A stretch of 64,000 bases of DNA from Phoronis australis (taxonomy: Eukaryota > Animalia > Phoronida), in assembly GCA_002633005.1 (NCBI GenBank), contig NMRA01000182.1, positions 319,077 to 383,076 on the forward strand. The letters are read 5' to 3'. The notes under the pieces were generated by a model that worked only from the letters and a program-made list of their open reading frames with translations, was not told the DNA's origin and did not search any database. Shown piece by piece: positions 53,001 to 64,000 of the stretch. The position numbers and the translations under genes are program-made. Each line of letters begins with the position of its first letter. Within the stretch, counting starts at the first letter, position 1.

Positions 53001-56000
53001 TCCCTGGATTTACTTGCTTTAATTTTCTTTGTTTAATGTGAAATCACTCATTCTTTACAGAGGACTAGCATTTGCTTATTAACAATTGAGTGGCTGTCTG
53101 TAATCTTTGCACTGTAATTCTTGGCAAATGTTCTGCTTAAAACGGCCAGTAGTTACTACACAGTGTCCAAATGTTGTTCATTCCCTGCTTGTAGATGTGG
53201 TGTTGAACCAGGCTCTCCTGTGGTCAGCCTGGCTAAGGAGATTGTCCAATTACCTGGTGTAATCTTCAAGGGCATTCATTGTTACCATGGTAGTAATCAA
53301 CATGTAAGAACTGCAGAGGGGCGGAAAAAGAATGTTGATGGTGTCGTCGTAAAAGTAAAGAATTCTTTAAAGGTACGTTCTTTTTTTTGCCATTATAATT
53401 CTTGTGCAGAGATGTTTTCCTTGACTCAGCTGTGAACTAATTTGTAGGTTGTATTATATGCACCACTGAATGCCTTACCAAGGAAAATGCCCCCTTTCAA
53501 GTTCATCTGAATCATTAGGCAAAACGAATGAATCAATTTCTAGAATTTATCCGTTGTGTGTCTCAGGTGCACCTGTCCTCTACATTCCAGCAATTTGGGT
53601 GTATTGGACGTATTAGCTATGATCTCTAATTTTTCAATTCAAATGTCTTGGGAAATAACTAGAACAATTATCATGGTAATTTATAAATAGGAACATTTAC
53701 TTTAAAGTAAAAATTTTCTTTCTGTCAAATCGAATGCTCATTCGATAGTCAGGTATAACCACTTTATCTCATCCTCAGGCTTTGTCTGATGCCGGACTCG
53801 AGTGCTCCTATGTCACAGGTGGTGGTACTGGATCTTTCCAGTACGAGGCCGCCAGCGGAGTATTCACTGAAGTCCAGCCGGGTTCCTACGTGGTAATGGA
53901 CGCTGACTATGGCAGAAACTTGAGTGAGGACGGCTCGTTGTTTTCCGACTTTGAACAGAGCTTGTACATCATCACAACAGTACAGAGTGTCAGCGTTAGT
54001 TGAGCACAATTTTGGCAGTATATGTTTTAAAAATAGAATGTCTTATTCCGGTCCATTTGGAACTACACGACTTTAAATGAAGTTGCTCCTTATATGAATT
54101 TAGGCACAGCGTATACACTTAAAGTTATGTAGGATTAAAGTATCTTAGAAAAATTCCAATTTTAGCTAACTTCAGAACATCGTATCTCAGAAATTGGTTG
54201 ATCGGATTCCTATGAAACTTTCAGATACTAATCTTAGTGCACTGTTTAAAAAATGAAGTTAGGAATTTTAAAATGCTCCAATTATGTATAAGGTTCTATC
54301 AAAAATAGACTTTTATGATATTCATGAATAAAGCTGCATATAGCAAAGACGAATGATATTTTAGAAAAAAAGTAACAGCATTTTTGATGATTTCTCATCT
54401 TTAACAGGCTTTCTACTTTCAGAAAATATATACTTTTGTTGAGTTATAATCTATACTTTTCTAGATGTGTTCCTAAATTCACAGGCTTATCAATAAGACC
54501 ATACATAATCTCAAAGCGAAACATTTGAGCAAAACCAAGGCCCAAGTGTTTTCAATTCAGCATTTAAAAATTAATTGAAAAGTACTAAGAATGGAAAAAA
54601 CACAAAAACATCCAATTTAAGGCACATACCAGTGCGGAGAATATTCACCTGCATTTGCAAGTGAAGATTGTGGAAAAATTCTTCAATTTGGGGAAAAAAG
54701 TACTAAAATTGCCACTTCTTTATTTTTAAAAAGCTTATCACATCCTTAGAAAATAGGCTCAAAATTTAGCCAAATGTTGCTTGACTGCAGTTATACCATA
54801 CTAACCATACTAAAAACAAACTAAATTTTCTTGAAAACTTACTTTTGTAGAGAAAATTGACGTAATAAAATTTCTATCATCTGCCATACTGTGTACCAAA
54901 CTGAAGAGTTTGTACTGAAGGTGCATGCTGCTATTTGCAGAAATTAGCCAGTTGTAAAAATGCATTAGTTTACATATAGGCCCATATACCTAAATCCGCA
55001 GTTTAGCTTTGTCTTGGAAATGAGAAATTCTATTATTAAAGAGGTCTGTTACCATTTTCTGATTTTATCAAAAACCAGTTTTGAAGCTGCATTGCATATT
55101 TATTTAAAAGTTCCGCTTGTCAAGACGACAGAATATATAAATAATTTAGTTGAAGGAGAAAATATGAAATGCAGGTTATATACAAACGTAAGTATCATGT
55201 TTATATCTTAAATCAGTGGGACATTTGTCACCAATGTCGCTATTAAGTTCTATCCATTACCAAATGGGCAATAGTCAGATATATCATCCTTCATTTTGAG
55301 AACCAGTTTGATGCCCGTTACTCAGTGGATAATACTGGTTCTCAAAATGCAGCCACGTTATATCCAACTAATACCCTGAAATGTATGTGTAGCTTTTATA
55401 CACACTTTATTTTTTCTTCAAGGCTGAAGGAAACAGGGCTGTGGTAGATTGTGGTCTGAAGGGAGTCAGTCTAGACTCTGGTGTCCCACTGGTGTGTACA
55501 CTTTTACTATTTGAATGTAGAGTAACAAGAGTATTCCCCTTTGTAATTATTCACTCAGTATACCATGTCATCCTGGACCCTGCTGCTTATAAGTGGTATG
55601 CTGGATATCAGTAATTGCATCACGTGATCAGGGACCGCATTGCCATTGTTTTTGATGTCACGGATCAAAAAACTTTCAGTAGATAAGATGTTGAGCCTTG
55701 CTCTCACAAAACTTCACACTGTCACCTTGCATAGCACCAACTTCAAAACCTCTTGTATTTGTATGGAAGATATCATGGACTTTTTTGTCCCTGCCAATTA
55801 TTCTAGAAGCTCCTCATTTTTCATCAAAGTCTTACCTACGGACTAAGTCAAATTCACAAATTGTTTCTTGGTACAACTTTTCAGAACTGTCTGGTATCAT
55901 TTTTCCAAACCACTGAATCTAGTTTGCAATGAACTGAATCTGTGTCTTAAACTCTGAAGTTAAATTTGAAATCAAACTACTATACAAACGGCATCATGTG

Positions 56001-58801
56001 ATTCAGTGAACTTGTTCCACATCGCTTCCAAGCCTGTTGGTCGAAAACTCAAAAGTGCCGCAGTTGAGAAGGAAAAGGGTCACGATTCATGTACCAAGAC
56101 ATTATGCGCCAACTACGTAGCTCTATGATTGAATTTGTGTATTATGCTGTCTGCCCCATCATGAAACTGAAAACAGTATTAGTCTCGTCAGAAACTCAAT
56201 TTCCCAGTCTAGATAAGCTGAACATTGCCTAAAAATAGTTTACGGTTTTCTAATGCTAGGCATGTTAGTTGATTTCAGTCCTGACTTGCCCATTTGTCAG
56301 TTAGATTTGTGGTTTGGAAAGTTGGTTGTAAGCACATTGCTTTTTTGAAAGTTGGTATGTTATAGTAGAAACTATTAAAAGACTTGTTGCGTGGACAAGA
56401 TTTGTTGATACTAGCACTCTTACTTTCGTGTCAGGTTGATGGTCACTCCGACATAACATTCACGAACGGTGGAGACGAACATGGAATTTTGGATAAAGCT
56501 GCAGATTTCAAGGTTTGTTGTTCACAATATGTTTTTCTGAGCTGTTGCATTTACTTACCATTAATGATTAGACTAAACCTGCTTAAGCGTCAAACAATTA
56601 CTTGTCAAGTTCCTCTTTGACTACTGTACGGGTGTAACATTTGCAGTGCCCCTTGGTGGCAATTTTATTTTTTTCTGTTTTCCTCTGTATCTTTGGGATT
56701 CCTTGATGGATTTTTATGAAATTTGCCAAATAGGTTTTTAAAATAATAAAGCGATGACACCTTTTGAGTTTCCGATGGATTTGATGTAATGCACTCCTCC
56801 TAGTGGCCGTTTTTTATGTCTGTTTTAGGTGTCTATCTTTCTATCATCCAAACCAGAATCAATATGAAAATTGGTAAATGTGCTCCTACGGGAAACAGCA
56901 TCATTGACAATTTTTGCCCAGTTTTGAATACTGTGATACCTTCTAGTGGCAGTTTGATATTTTTTCATCTCCAGCTGTTTTTCCATGCTGGATCTTTGTG
57001 AAATTTGGCAAAGGTATTTTTATGAACGAGACAACAGATGACAACTTTCGGACGTATTTGACAATTACTGTGCCCCAAATGCCAGTTTTATTTTTTACGA
57101 TCCTGGCAGGTATGTTCCTATTAAGAAGAGCATTGCTCTCTTGCTATGCACCCCCTAGAGGCTATTTTAAATTTCATAGCATCGCACCATTTTGTGGGTA
57201 TGCTTAAATAGCAATCATCCTTGGTATGTGCGCATGGTGGGTGCATATCAACGCTCCGTATTGCTCTTGTTTTTGACTTGATGTTGATTTTAAAAGGTGA
57301 GGTGCCAACACTTTTTGTAAATTCTGATGATAGCAGCTACCCATTGTGGTAAAATTATTGTCTCCTTGTTTCTAAATTCTTACACGACACTGATAAACAC
57401 CCCTAGAAATTCTCTCTTCGCAGTACAGTGTGGGCAAAAATCAACATTTTGCATTGCTCTTGTTATGATTAGTCCTATAGAGAATTTTCAACATAATGAA
57501 AGATTATGCATACGGCTGTCATATTGTGTTCTACATCAAATACTGTGAATCATAGATATTTAAGTTAATCAATGTAGGTGTGTGTAAACATTGTGCCATA
57601 ATTGGAGATAACATAATTATTACTGAAAAGTTGTGGGGAAATTCACACTTTGCCTCCATGATGATACATCTGCTACTAGTCTACAGCAGGTGACAACACA
57701 ACCCTCAATTCAGTGTTGTGTTTTGAAGTTTGAAATGAGAGTGGGTGTGCATATCCTCGGTTCAAAATTTGTTTCATTATGATTTTGTATTTTTGTGAGG
57801 AATTGTGGAACAAGTTTTAGAATATGGTATCACTATATGTGGCTGGAGGTCACATGTTGTGATCAAGCATCTTAGTCTGAGGCTGTGTTCTGTGAACTCA
57901 AGAAACTTGGAAAAACAATAGATCATGCAAGTCGCCATGCATTACAAGCCAAGCACGTGGTTACACTTAATTTTATTGCTAGTGTCCTGGGTCTATGGAA
58001 CACATCCCAGGCCTGTTCAATCTTAAATTATTGAATCGCAAACATGTAATCTCTCTTTAAAGTTAATGGATAGTTTCTTTGGCAATTCAACTTGCAAAAT
58101 TTCACTAGTAAAACATCTAAATCCAATCACTAAATGTTTTGGTTTACAGTTGCTATGATAATAATTTCAGAATTTGTTTGAATGTTTACTGTTGAAAATA
58201 TTAGTTATCAATTTTTAGTTGGGTATTTTTGGTAGTGGGAGTGGTCGGAACCACACAGGGCGAATTCTCTTCAACTTTTCACAAAAAGAATAACCATCAT
58301 TGTTTTTTTGTAACAAAATTGAATTTTTTCAAGAGATGGTTTCCTATTTGAAGTATTAACATTTCCCTGTTGATTTATCAAAGCTCAACCATACTATTGG
58401 TGGAGAGTCAAATTTTTATCATTCATTTTATTTTTATTGAGAAATTTGGGCTTGTTCACCACCATATTGTTGGATAAATTTACATAACTTATTGTCAGTA
58501 ATTAAAATGTATTGTCAAAGTAATCTTATTTTTAACTGAAGCTTGTGTTTACTTAACAGTTAACAGTTGTCTGAGAATAGAATACTACATGCTTTTAAAC
58601 TTGTATTGTTGCTAGAGAGTAATGTTTCATGTCAGCTTTCTGATAATACCTGTGTTTGTATTTGAACAGGTCGGTGATAGAGTTCGCCTGATACCCGGAC
58701 ACTGTGACCCAACTATCAACATGTATGATTGGATTGTCGGCATCAGGGACAATGTCGTAGAAACAGTCTGGCAGGTTGCTGGGCGAGGGCCAGGAGTTTA
58801 G
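50091..58801 (+). CDS. fold-type III PLP enzyme of the DSD1 family, D-threonine aldolase / 3-hydroxy-D-aspartate aldolase type (~385 aa)
   Basis: Exons 50091-50309, 51585-51680, 52206-52375, 53195-53372, 53779-53994, 55423-55491, 56435-56512, 58670-58801. Motifs TPILVVD, RVHTKAHK (PLP lysine), EVNVGQNRCGV, GGGTGS, EVQPGSYVVMDADY, VVDCGLK..SLDSG, DEHG, IPGHCDPTIN. Confidence 0.9.
50568..50622. repeat. ~55-bp hairpin mini-element; second copy at 55292-55349
   Basis: ATTTTRAGAACCAGTTT...ACTGGTTCTCAAAAT with shared core TGCCCGTTAYTCAGTG, in two different introns of the aldolase gene. Confidence 0.7.
51384..51453. repeat. near-perfect 70-bp palindrome (34-bp arms, 2-nt loop)
   Basis: CGCTGCACAAATAAAAAAGTTCATGTTCATTCAA-TG-TTGAATGAACATGAACTCTTTTATCTGTGCGGCG, 3 mismatches. 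Confidence 0.9.
56640..57270 (+). mobile_element. copy of the HINE-like CTCF-motif family in the aldolase gene's last intron
   Basis: Motifs GTGCCCCTTGGTGGCAA (56647), CTCCTCCTAGTGGCCG (~56794), CCTTCTAGTGGCAG (~56939), GCACCCCCTAGAGGC (~57149); ends CATGGTGGGTGCATAT..CTCTTGTT. A further 3'-end fragment lies at ~57395-57463. Confidence 0.7.
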
Positions 58802-61299
58802 TTCCTGTCATGCATGAATTGTGGCAGTAGTATTGGTGTCATAGGTCACTGCTGTGATCACAGCCGTGTTTAGGGATAAAAGAAATCCTATATGAAATGA
58901 TTTGTGGAATGTGTCTGTCTCAAAACTTGCAATGATGCCGATTATGTGAGGATATTCACTTTGTGACCTGTGCCTAGTGAAGGAAGGGGCGCTGTCCAGT
59001 GAAGTGAGGCGCACCCTTTTTGTTACTGAATGGTTTGAGAACGTTGGTCATTTTCATGAAAAGTGACTTAAAACTTTTAAAGTCAGAAATTTGGTCTATG
59101 CTTCACACAGCTATTTCTCAAAAAGAATAAAATTTCATGTGTGGAAGTCTTTGAGAAATTACCTAAAACTGCTGCTTGCAGAGAAATTTCTATTAATTAT
59201 TTATAGACTGTGATGCGCCCAAAATTTCTTGGCTGTGTCTTTTTTCAGCAATTGTGAAGTGGGTGCTTCTTAAATCTCACGTCACTTTCATGAAACAGAA
59301 TCTTAATTGCTGTTCATACTAGTATAGGGGTGTTCTTGAAACAACGGTCCCATGTGACTACCCGAGAGCATGTAATTTTGAATGCAGGATGGTTGCTTCA
59401 CTCACACCATGTAATGAATTTCTAGGTCTTCATTGTACTGCAAAGCTCTCCTGTTTGAGACAGTCTCGTGAATCACATTTTGAAATGGGCTATACTGTTT
59501 TTCATCTATCTCTTCTAATACTGGACACTGCCTTGTGTATGAAAATTCTGAAAATAGACTTGGCAGTTCATAAAATTCGCCCAAACATTCTCATTTGTCC
59601 CATAGTGTCTAGCATTGAGGTGAGTGACCATTGATTGGAATTCTTGAATTTTATACAACCAATATTGCCTATTTCTAAAGCTTAGTACGTGCTCGATCTT
59701 GGGTAAATAAGTAATTTTTTGTCTGTCTGACTCTCTTCTGTGAACGCACATATTGTTTTGCATGGCGCTCTGTCAATTTACTTGCTCCACTGGGTACATT
59801 GCATCATGGGTAATTTTTGTTAGTTGTATTCTGGCTGCATGCGATTAAGATTGTATTGTTGGGCTGAATACTTATGAAGTTAGTTATCTATTCAGAACCT
59901 CTCATAGTAAGTGCGTTATTAAGACTGTCTTTTGCTGTTAAAAATGGTTTACAAATTTATTTCAGAAATTTTCCATGAAAGGCAGTTCAAATTAGTCCCA
60001 AGTATATTATTAAATTAAATGCATATTTGCCTGGTTTTGGGTGTCATATTGTGTATTTAACTTTATGTGGGACTTGGTGTCAGTTATCTGGTGAGAAATG
60101 TGTGCCAAAGTTATGCTGGTCCATGTCTGTTGAATATGAGGGTGTCAATCAAAAACTCTGTTTTGCATGTGTTTCTGTCATGATATGTGTAGATATAAAA
60201 TTTTGAATTGATACTCTCAACGCTGGTTCTGTTCTATCAATCATTTCTGGTAGAAAAGGATTGTTTGGCTTCTTGGTTGCTGCACAGTTGCTTTTGCATT
60301 TTGGCTACATGTATGAAACACACTGGTGTTAGCTTGTGATGCAGATCTATAGGTGATACAGTTTTTTGAAAAAGGTATGGTGACATGGTTTTGCCTGGGG
60401 CATTTTATCATAAATTGAACAATTTGGTCACAAATTAATTGACTCAAGTGATGTAACAATATTTCAGGTGTTTATTTTGATATTTTTAAAAACTAGTAAT
60501 TGGCCTATAATTGCATGTCTTCTTCCAAGTGCACTGTTTACAGTTGTACCTTGGGAAACAGATTCCCAACGTTGCCATATTTTTAGGACCCTCACGTCTT
60601 GCCAAAGAACAATCGACTAGTAAAAATTCTTTGGTTTGGGACAGTGAAATTAGTTACTTTGCTCAATGTAGGCTGTCAATAGTGTTCGTGATCTGATAGA
60701 CGACAAAAATTAGCTCCATTATTTCTTGAAACAATGGCAAGTTAGGAAAATGTGGAAAGAATCCGACTGAAATCGATACCCAGCAACCTTAATTATCTAT
60801 TTTTATTGCATCTCAAAATTGAAGATTTTTCCTAAAAGCGACTGCTAATACAAGTGTTCAAGTGGTGAAGTTTCACTTAGACCACTTAATGTCATAAATT
60901 TAATCTCTCCTTATTCCTTATTTGCATGATTGACAAGGGATTTCTGGATTTTCAACAAACTGACAGTTGGTTATTCTTCGAGACCATGCTTGACGTATGG
61001 AGTGGCAGTACATGACAAGCCAACTTTAGTTATTATCCTGGTTTCAAGCAATAACGAACTGTCTGTTGTTTTTGAACCTCTTAAATCGTCTCCAATTTGA
61101 CTGAAGGTTTTGTAGGACCTTGTTGACAAGTCTATGAAATTAGCCAAATACATGTATCCGCAGTAACATAGAATTTTTAAGACTGACGAAATTGTATATT
61201 TTTTAAAGATACAAGGTTTGTTAATTTGATTTTAATACGTTTATTGTATTCACAGCGCCATGAAATTACAGTGATAAGCATGTGTTGCTGGGTATAAAT

Positions 61300-62030
61300 A
61301 CACAAGCGTATTTTATAACAAGGTTCACGTCCCATTCAAATTAGAATCGTATATAGCCAGATGAATATTTATCACATTATGAGACAAAAAGTCCTTGTGA
61401 ATGGTGGGAGAATGCATTATGAATACAAATATACTTTTAGAATCTAACAAATCACAAATACATACAATGTCCTTGGCATACCAACTGTCACAAAATATCT
61501 ACAACTATTTGGGATTAAATGGGTCATAGCGACTCATTGCCTTGATATACCAGTGAAACATGTCGAAAAACTTCACAAAACTGATTGTGGACAGAGGTAG
61601 AGAATGGTAATGAAAGACGTTACGTTAAAGTCATGTTTTGTTCAAATTAACACTTTATCCAGGCTTTATCATTACTAAGTATTAGTGTTCTAAACCATAA
61701 ATTTTAAGATATTTGACGAATGACTTGAAGTGTACCATATTGCCGCTCTGACCCTCCCAACAAAAAATCTTGAACCGTGGTCATGGTTCTTTTTTGTCAG
61801 GTTTGTTTTGCCAGATGAAGCTATAAAATAGTTTGTCTAGCAATTCAACCGTGTCGTCTGACAGTGAAGGCAATGTTGTCAAAAGATGGATCACCAAGAT
61901 GACATTTATTTTGCCAAGAGGCGTTAGAGACTTTTCTGTCCACTTTGTTATAGTCCTGAAAAGTTGATTTTTATCATCCAGAAATATTAGTTAACATTTC
62001 TCCTAAGTTAATATGAAAGTTGGCACCAAT
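61300..62030 (-). mobile_element. degenerate L1/Tx1-clade LINE fragment (region C-terminal to RT)
   Basis: Minus-strand peptides IGANFHINLGEM, KWTEKSLTPLGKINVI..LPSLSDDTVELLDKLFYSFIWQNKPDKKR..QDFLLGG and MVHFKSFVKYLK fit the recalled Tx1 W...LT..GK...LP....FIW..KPDK...GG motif; frameshifted. Left boundary approximate. Confidence 0.75.
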
Positions 62031-62464
62031 GGCGGTAAACGAATCTCTACTCCAATAAACTCAGTCTGTATTTACACCTTTTACATTGTTATTTTGGCGA
62101 AACATTGTGGCCATAATCTCAGCGCAATAACTTAAACTAATGGGAGAGAGGACTCCTTGACGGCAGCTGCTATCGATTTCAACATTCCCTGAAGTGAAGC
62201 CATGTTGGATGACACCAAGTGTAGCACCTTTGTTCAGAAGGCGAGCCCAATTTATGATAAAAGTTTTGCCAAAATTGAAAAAATAAGTTTTATAAATGAT
62301 TATGCATGAGACAGAAACCCAATGCTTTTTCGAAGTCTACGGTTACTAAAAGACGTACCTGGAATACTATATTAGTCAGTGAACAGGAGTAGTCGACATA
62401 TTTTTCTGGTGTTTTCTCCAGAAAACCCTAAATTCGGTTTCGTCGTTGTGTATCAGCCACTAAT

Positions 62465-62612
62465 CATGCGCGGCGCACCATCGGGGGCTGGGGGGCTATA
62501 GCCCCACGTTTTTCAGTACTACGCCGCATATGGTCTATAAGCGGTTCATCACAGGAGGGCTGAGGGTGCTTTAGCCCCTCCCCCCACTTTTTTTTGTGCT
62601 GCGCCGCCCATG
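62465..62612. mobile_element. MITE, same family as 44524-44664
   Basis: CATGCGCGGCGCA...TGCGCCGCCCATG TIRs, flanked by CTAAT direct repeats. Confidence 0.8.
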
Positions 62613-62969
62613 CTAATAACTGCAGATTTAATACGTTGAGCGAAACAGCCCAAGAAAATCTTATTGCTCGTGTTTGATAATGATATGGGTCGCTATTTGC
62701 GGCCAAGATGCTCTCTGGGGTTTTCCCGCTCAGCGGCTTAGGAATGCGGATGGAAATTACGCATTGATGTTGGCTATCAAAGCAACCCGATTCAAAACTT
62801 CTATCAAACGATATCACCATAATGACAGAAACGCCGGATGGGACGTCATCAGGGCCAGGCGCGTTGTTCGTCAAGTATTCATATACCTAAATTCTCAAGA
62901 GTTTCATTAACCGAAATTTCTTTTTTCGAGTATATCATGCTCATCCCTTGTAAGCTTGGTAGGCCTACC

Positions 62970-63144
62970 CTTTGCGGGTAAGAACACAAATCAACATCAT
63001 CCATATCGTCATCTTTGCGGGTAAGAACACAAGTCAACATCATCCATATCATCATCTTTGCGGGTAAGAACACAAGTCAACATCATCCATATCATCATCT
63101 TTGCGGGTAAGAACACAAGTCAACATCATCCATATCATTATCTT
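62970..63144. repeat. 43-bp tandem repeat, 4 copies
   Basis: CTTTGCGGGTAAGAACACAAGTCAACATCATCCATATCATCAT at 62970, 63013, 63056, 63099. Confidence 0.95.
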
Positions 63145-64000
63145 TACACCTGTAACGAAAACAATCAAGTAAAAAGACGGTAGATTTCTGATAGAAAATC
63201 AGTGATAATGTTTCCTTCGCCGTTATATATTTTTTTAAATTGGCGAAGTATGGATGGTTTCTCACCGTGCTCAGTTTTTGGCTTATACTTACCTGCCAGA
63301 AATTTGGTGAGGTGTCTTTTTTACAATTTTGCAAAAATGAGTGATAGAGTCATTCAAGAATTCAGTATTATTATATGACCAATTTTTGTTTGATATAAAT
63401 GTTCATGTTGATAAGATCTCAAAAGCTCTGTTTCATTTATTCTAAACTATCATTTTGCTTTCTTTTTATGGAACTTTTGGGTTATTTTGATCAACATCAT
63501 GTGGAGAATTTCTGGATTACACTGGTCACCGCTCAGGTTCCCTAAGCCCCAGACAACTGTTACGATGCCTATTCGACACGCCCTTTGTATTGATGTAGAT
63601 CTGAGCTAATAAAGTGGAAAGGTAATAGCTAGCAACAACTGTCTAAACAATGGTTGTTGTTAGAACCCCCTATTTGGTTTCCTCTGACATTTGCAGAGTG
63701 ACAGCCTGCAACTGTGGAGAGTAGTTTTAACTTGGTACATTATAAATTTTACAAAATGACTAAAACGGTTAACTTGTGTTTATCTTCACAAATGGCCACT
63801 TCCCAAAGGAACGATATGTTTCATATTGGTTTTCTTTTTTTAATTTTTAATGCTTCTGCCCACTTGTTTTTTACCGGGAACTGGTTGATAAATTTTTATC
63901 TAAGTTTTAAACTTAAAGTACCAAAACAGACGTAGATTTTAATCGCCAGCGAAACTTAATTAGTTAAGTTCATTGTGAGCCCATCCCCGAACTTTCCACA

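Noticed and set aside
50091-58801. Bacterial contamination as the source of the aldolase
   Set aside because: Seven GT-AG introns containing host-family repeats.

Overview
AT-rich, intron-containing animal genomic DNA, probably a marine invertebrate bilaterian (inferred), from a draft assembly with single-N contig joins and one 511-N gap. Five spliced genes can be assembled by hand with GT-AG introns and consistent reading phases: a 5'-incomplete PRDM2/RIZ-like PR-SET zinc-finger gene (+, 2286-14285), MRPL20 (-, 16488-23524), 6-phosphogluconate dehydrogenase PGD (+, 29502-37012), a C3orf33-like gene (-, 39517-43982) and a fold-type-III PLP enzyme of the D-threonine aldolase/3-hydroxy-D-aspartate aldolase type (+, 50091-58801). 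Non-coding DNA is rich in MITEs, tRNA-like SINE heads, LINE fragments and minisatellites. Main points of interest: (1) a Helentron-associated (HINE/DINE-like) repeat family carrying ~150-bp-periodic, co-oriented arrays of CTCF-like motifs, in or next to four of the five genes; (2) the intron-rich, bacterial-type D-amino-acid aldolase; (3) a young TA-flanked transposon whose insertions coincide with two of three apparently uncollapsed-haplotype duplications; (4) PRDM2-MRPL20-PGD linkage matching human 1p36. Homology calls rest on recalled family motifs, not database searches.
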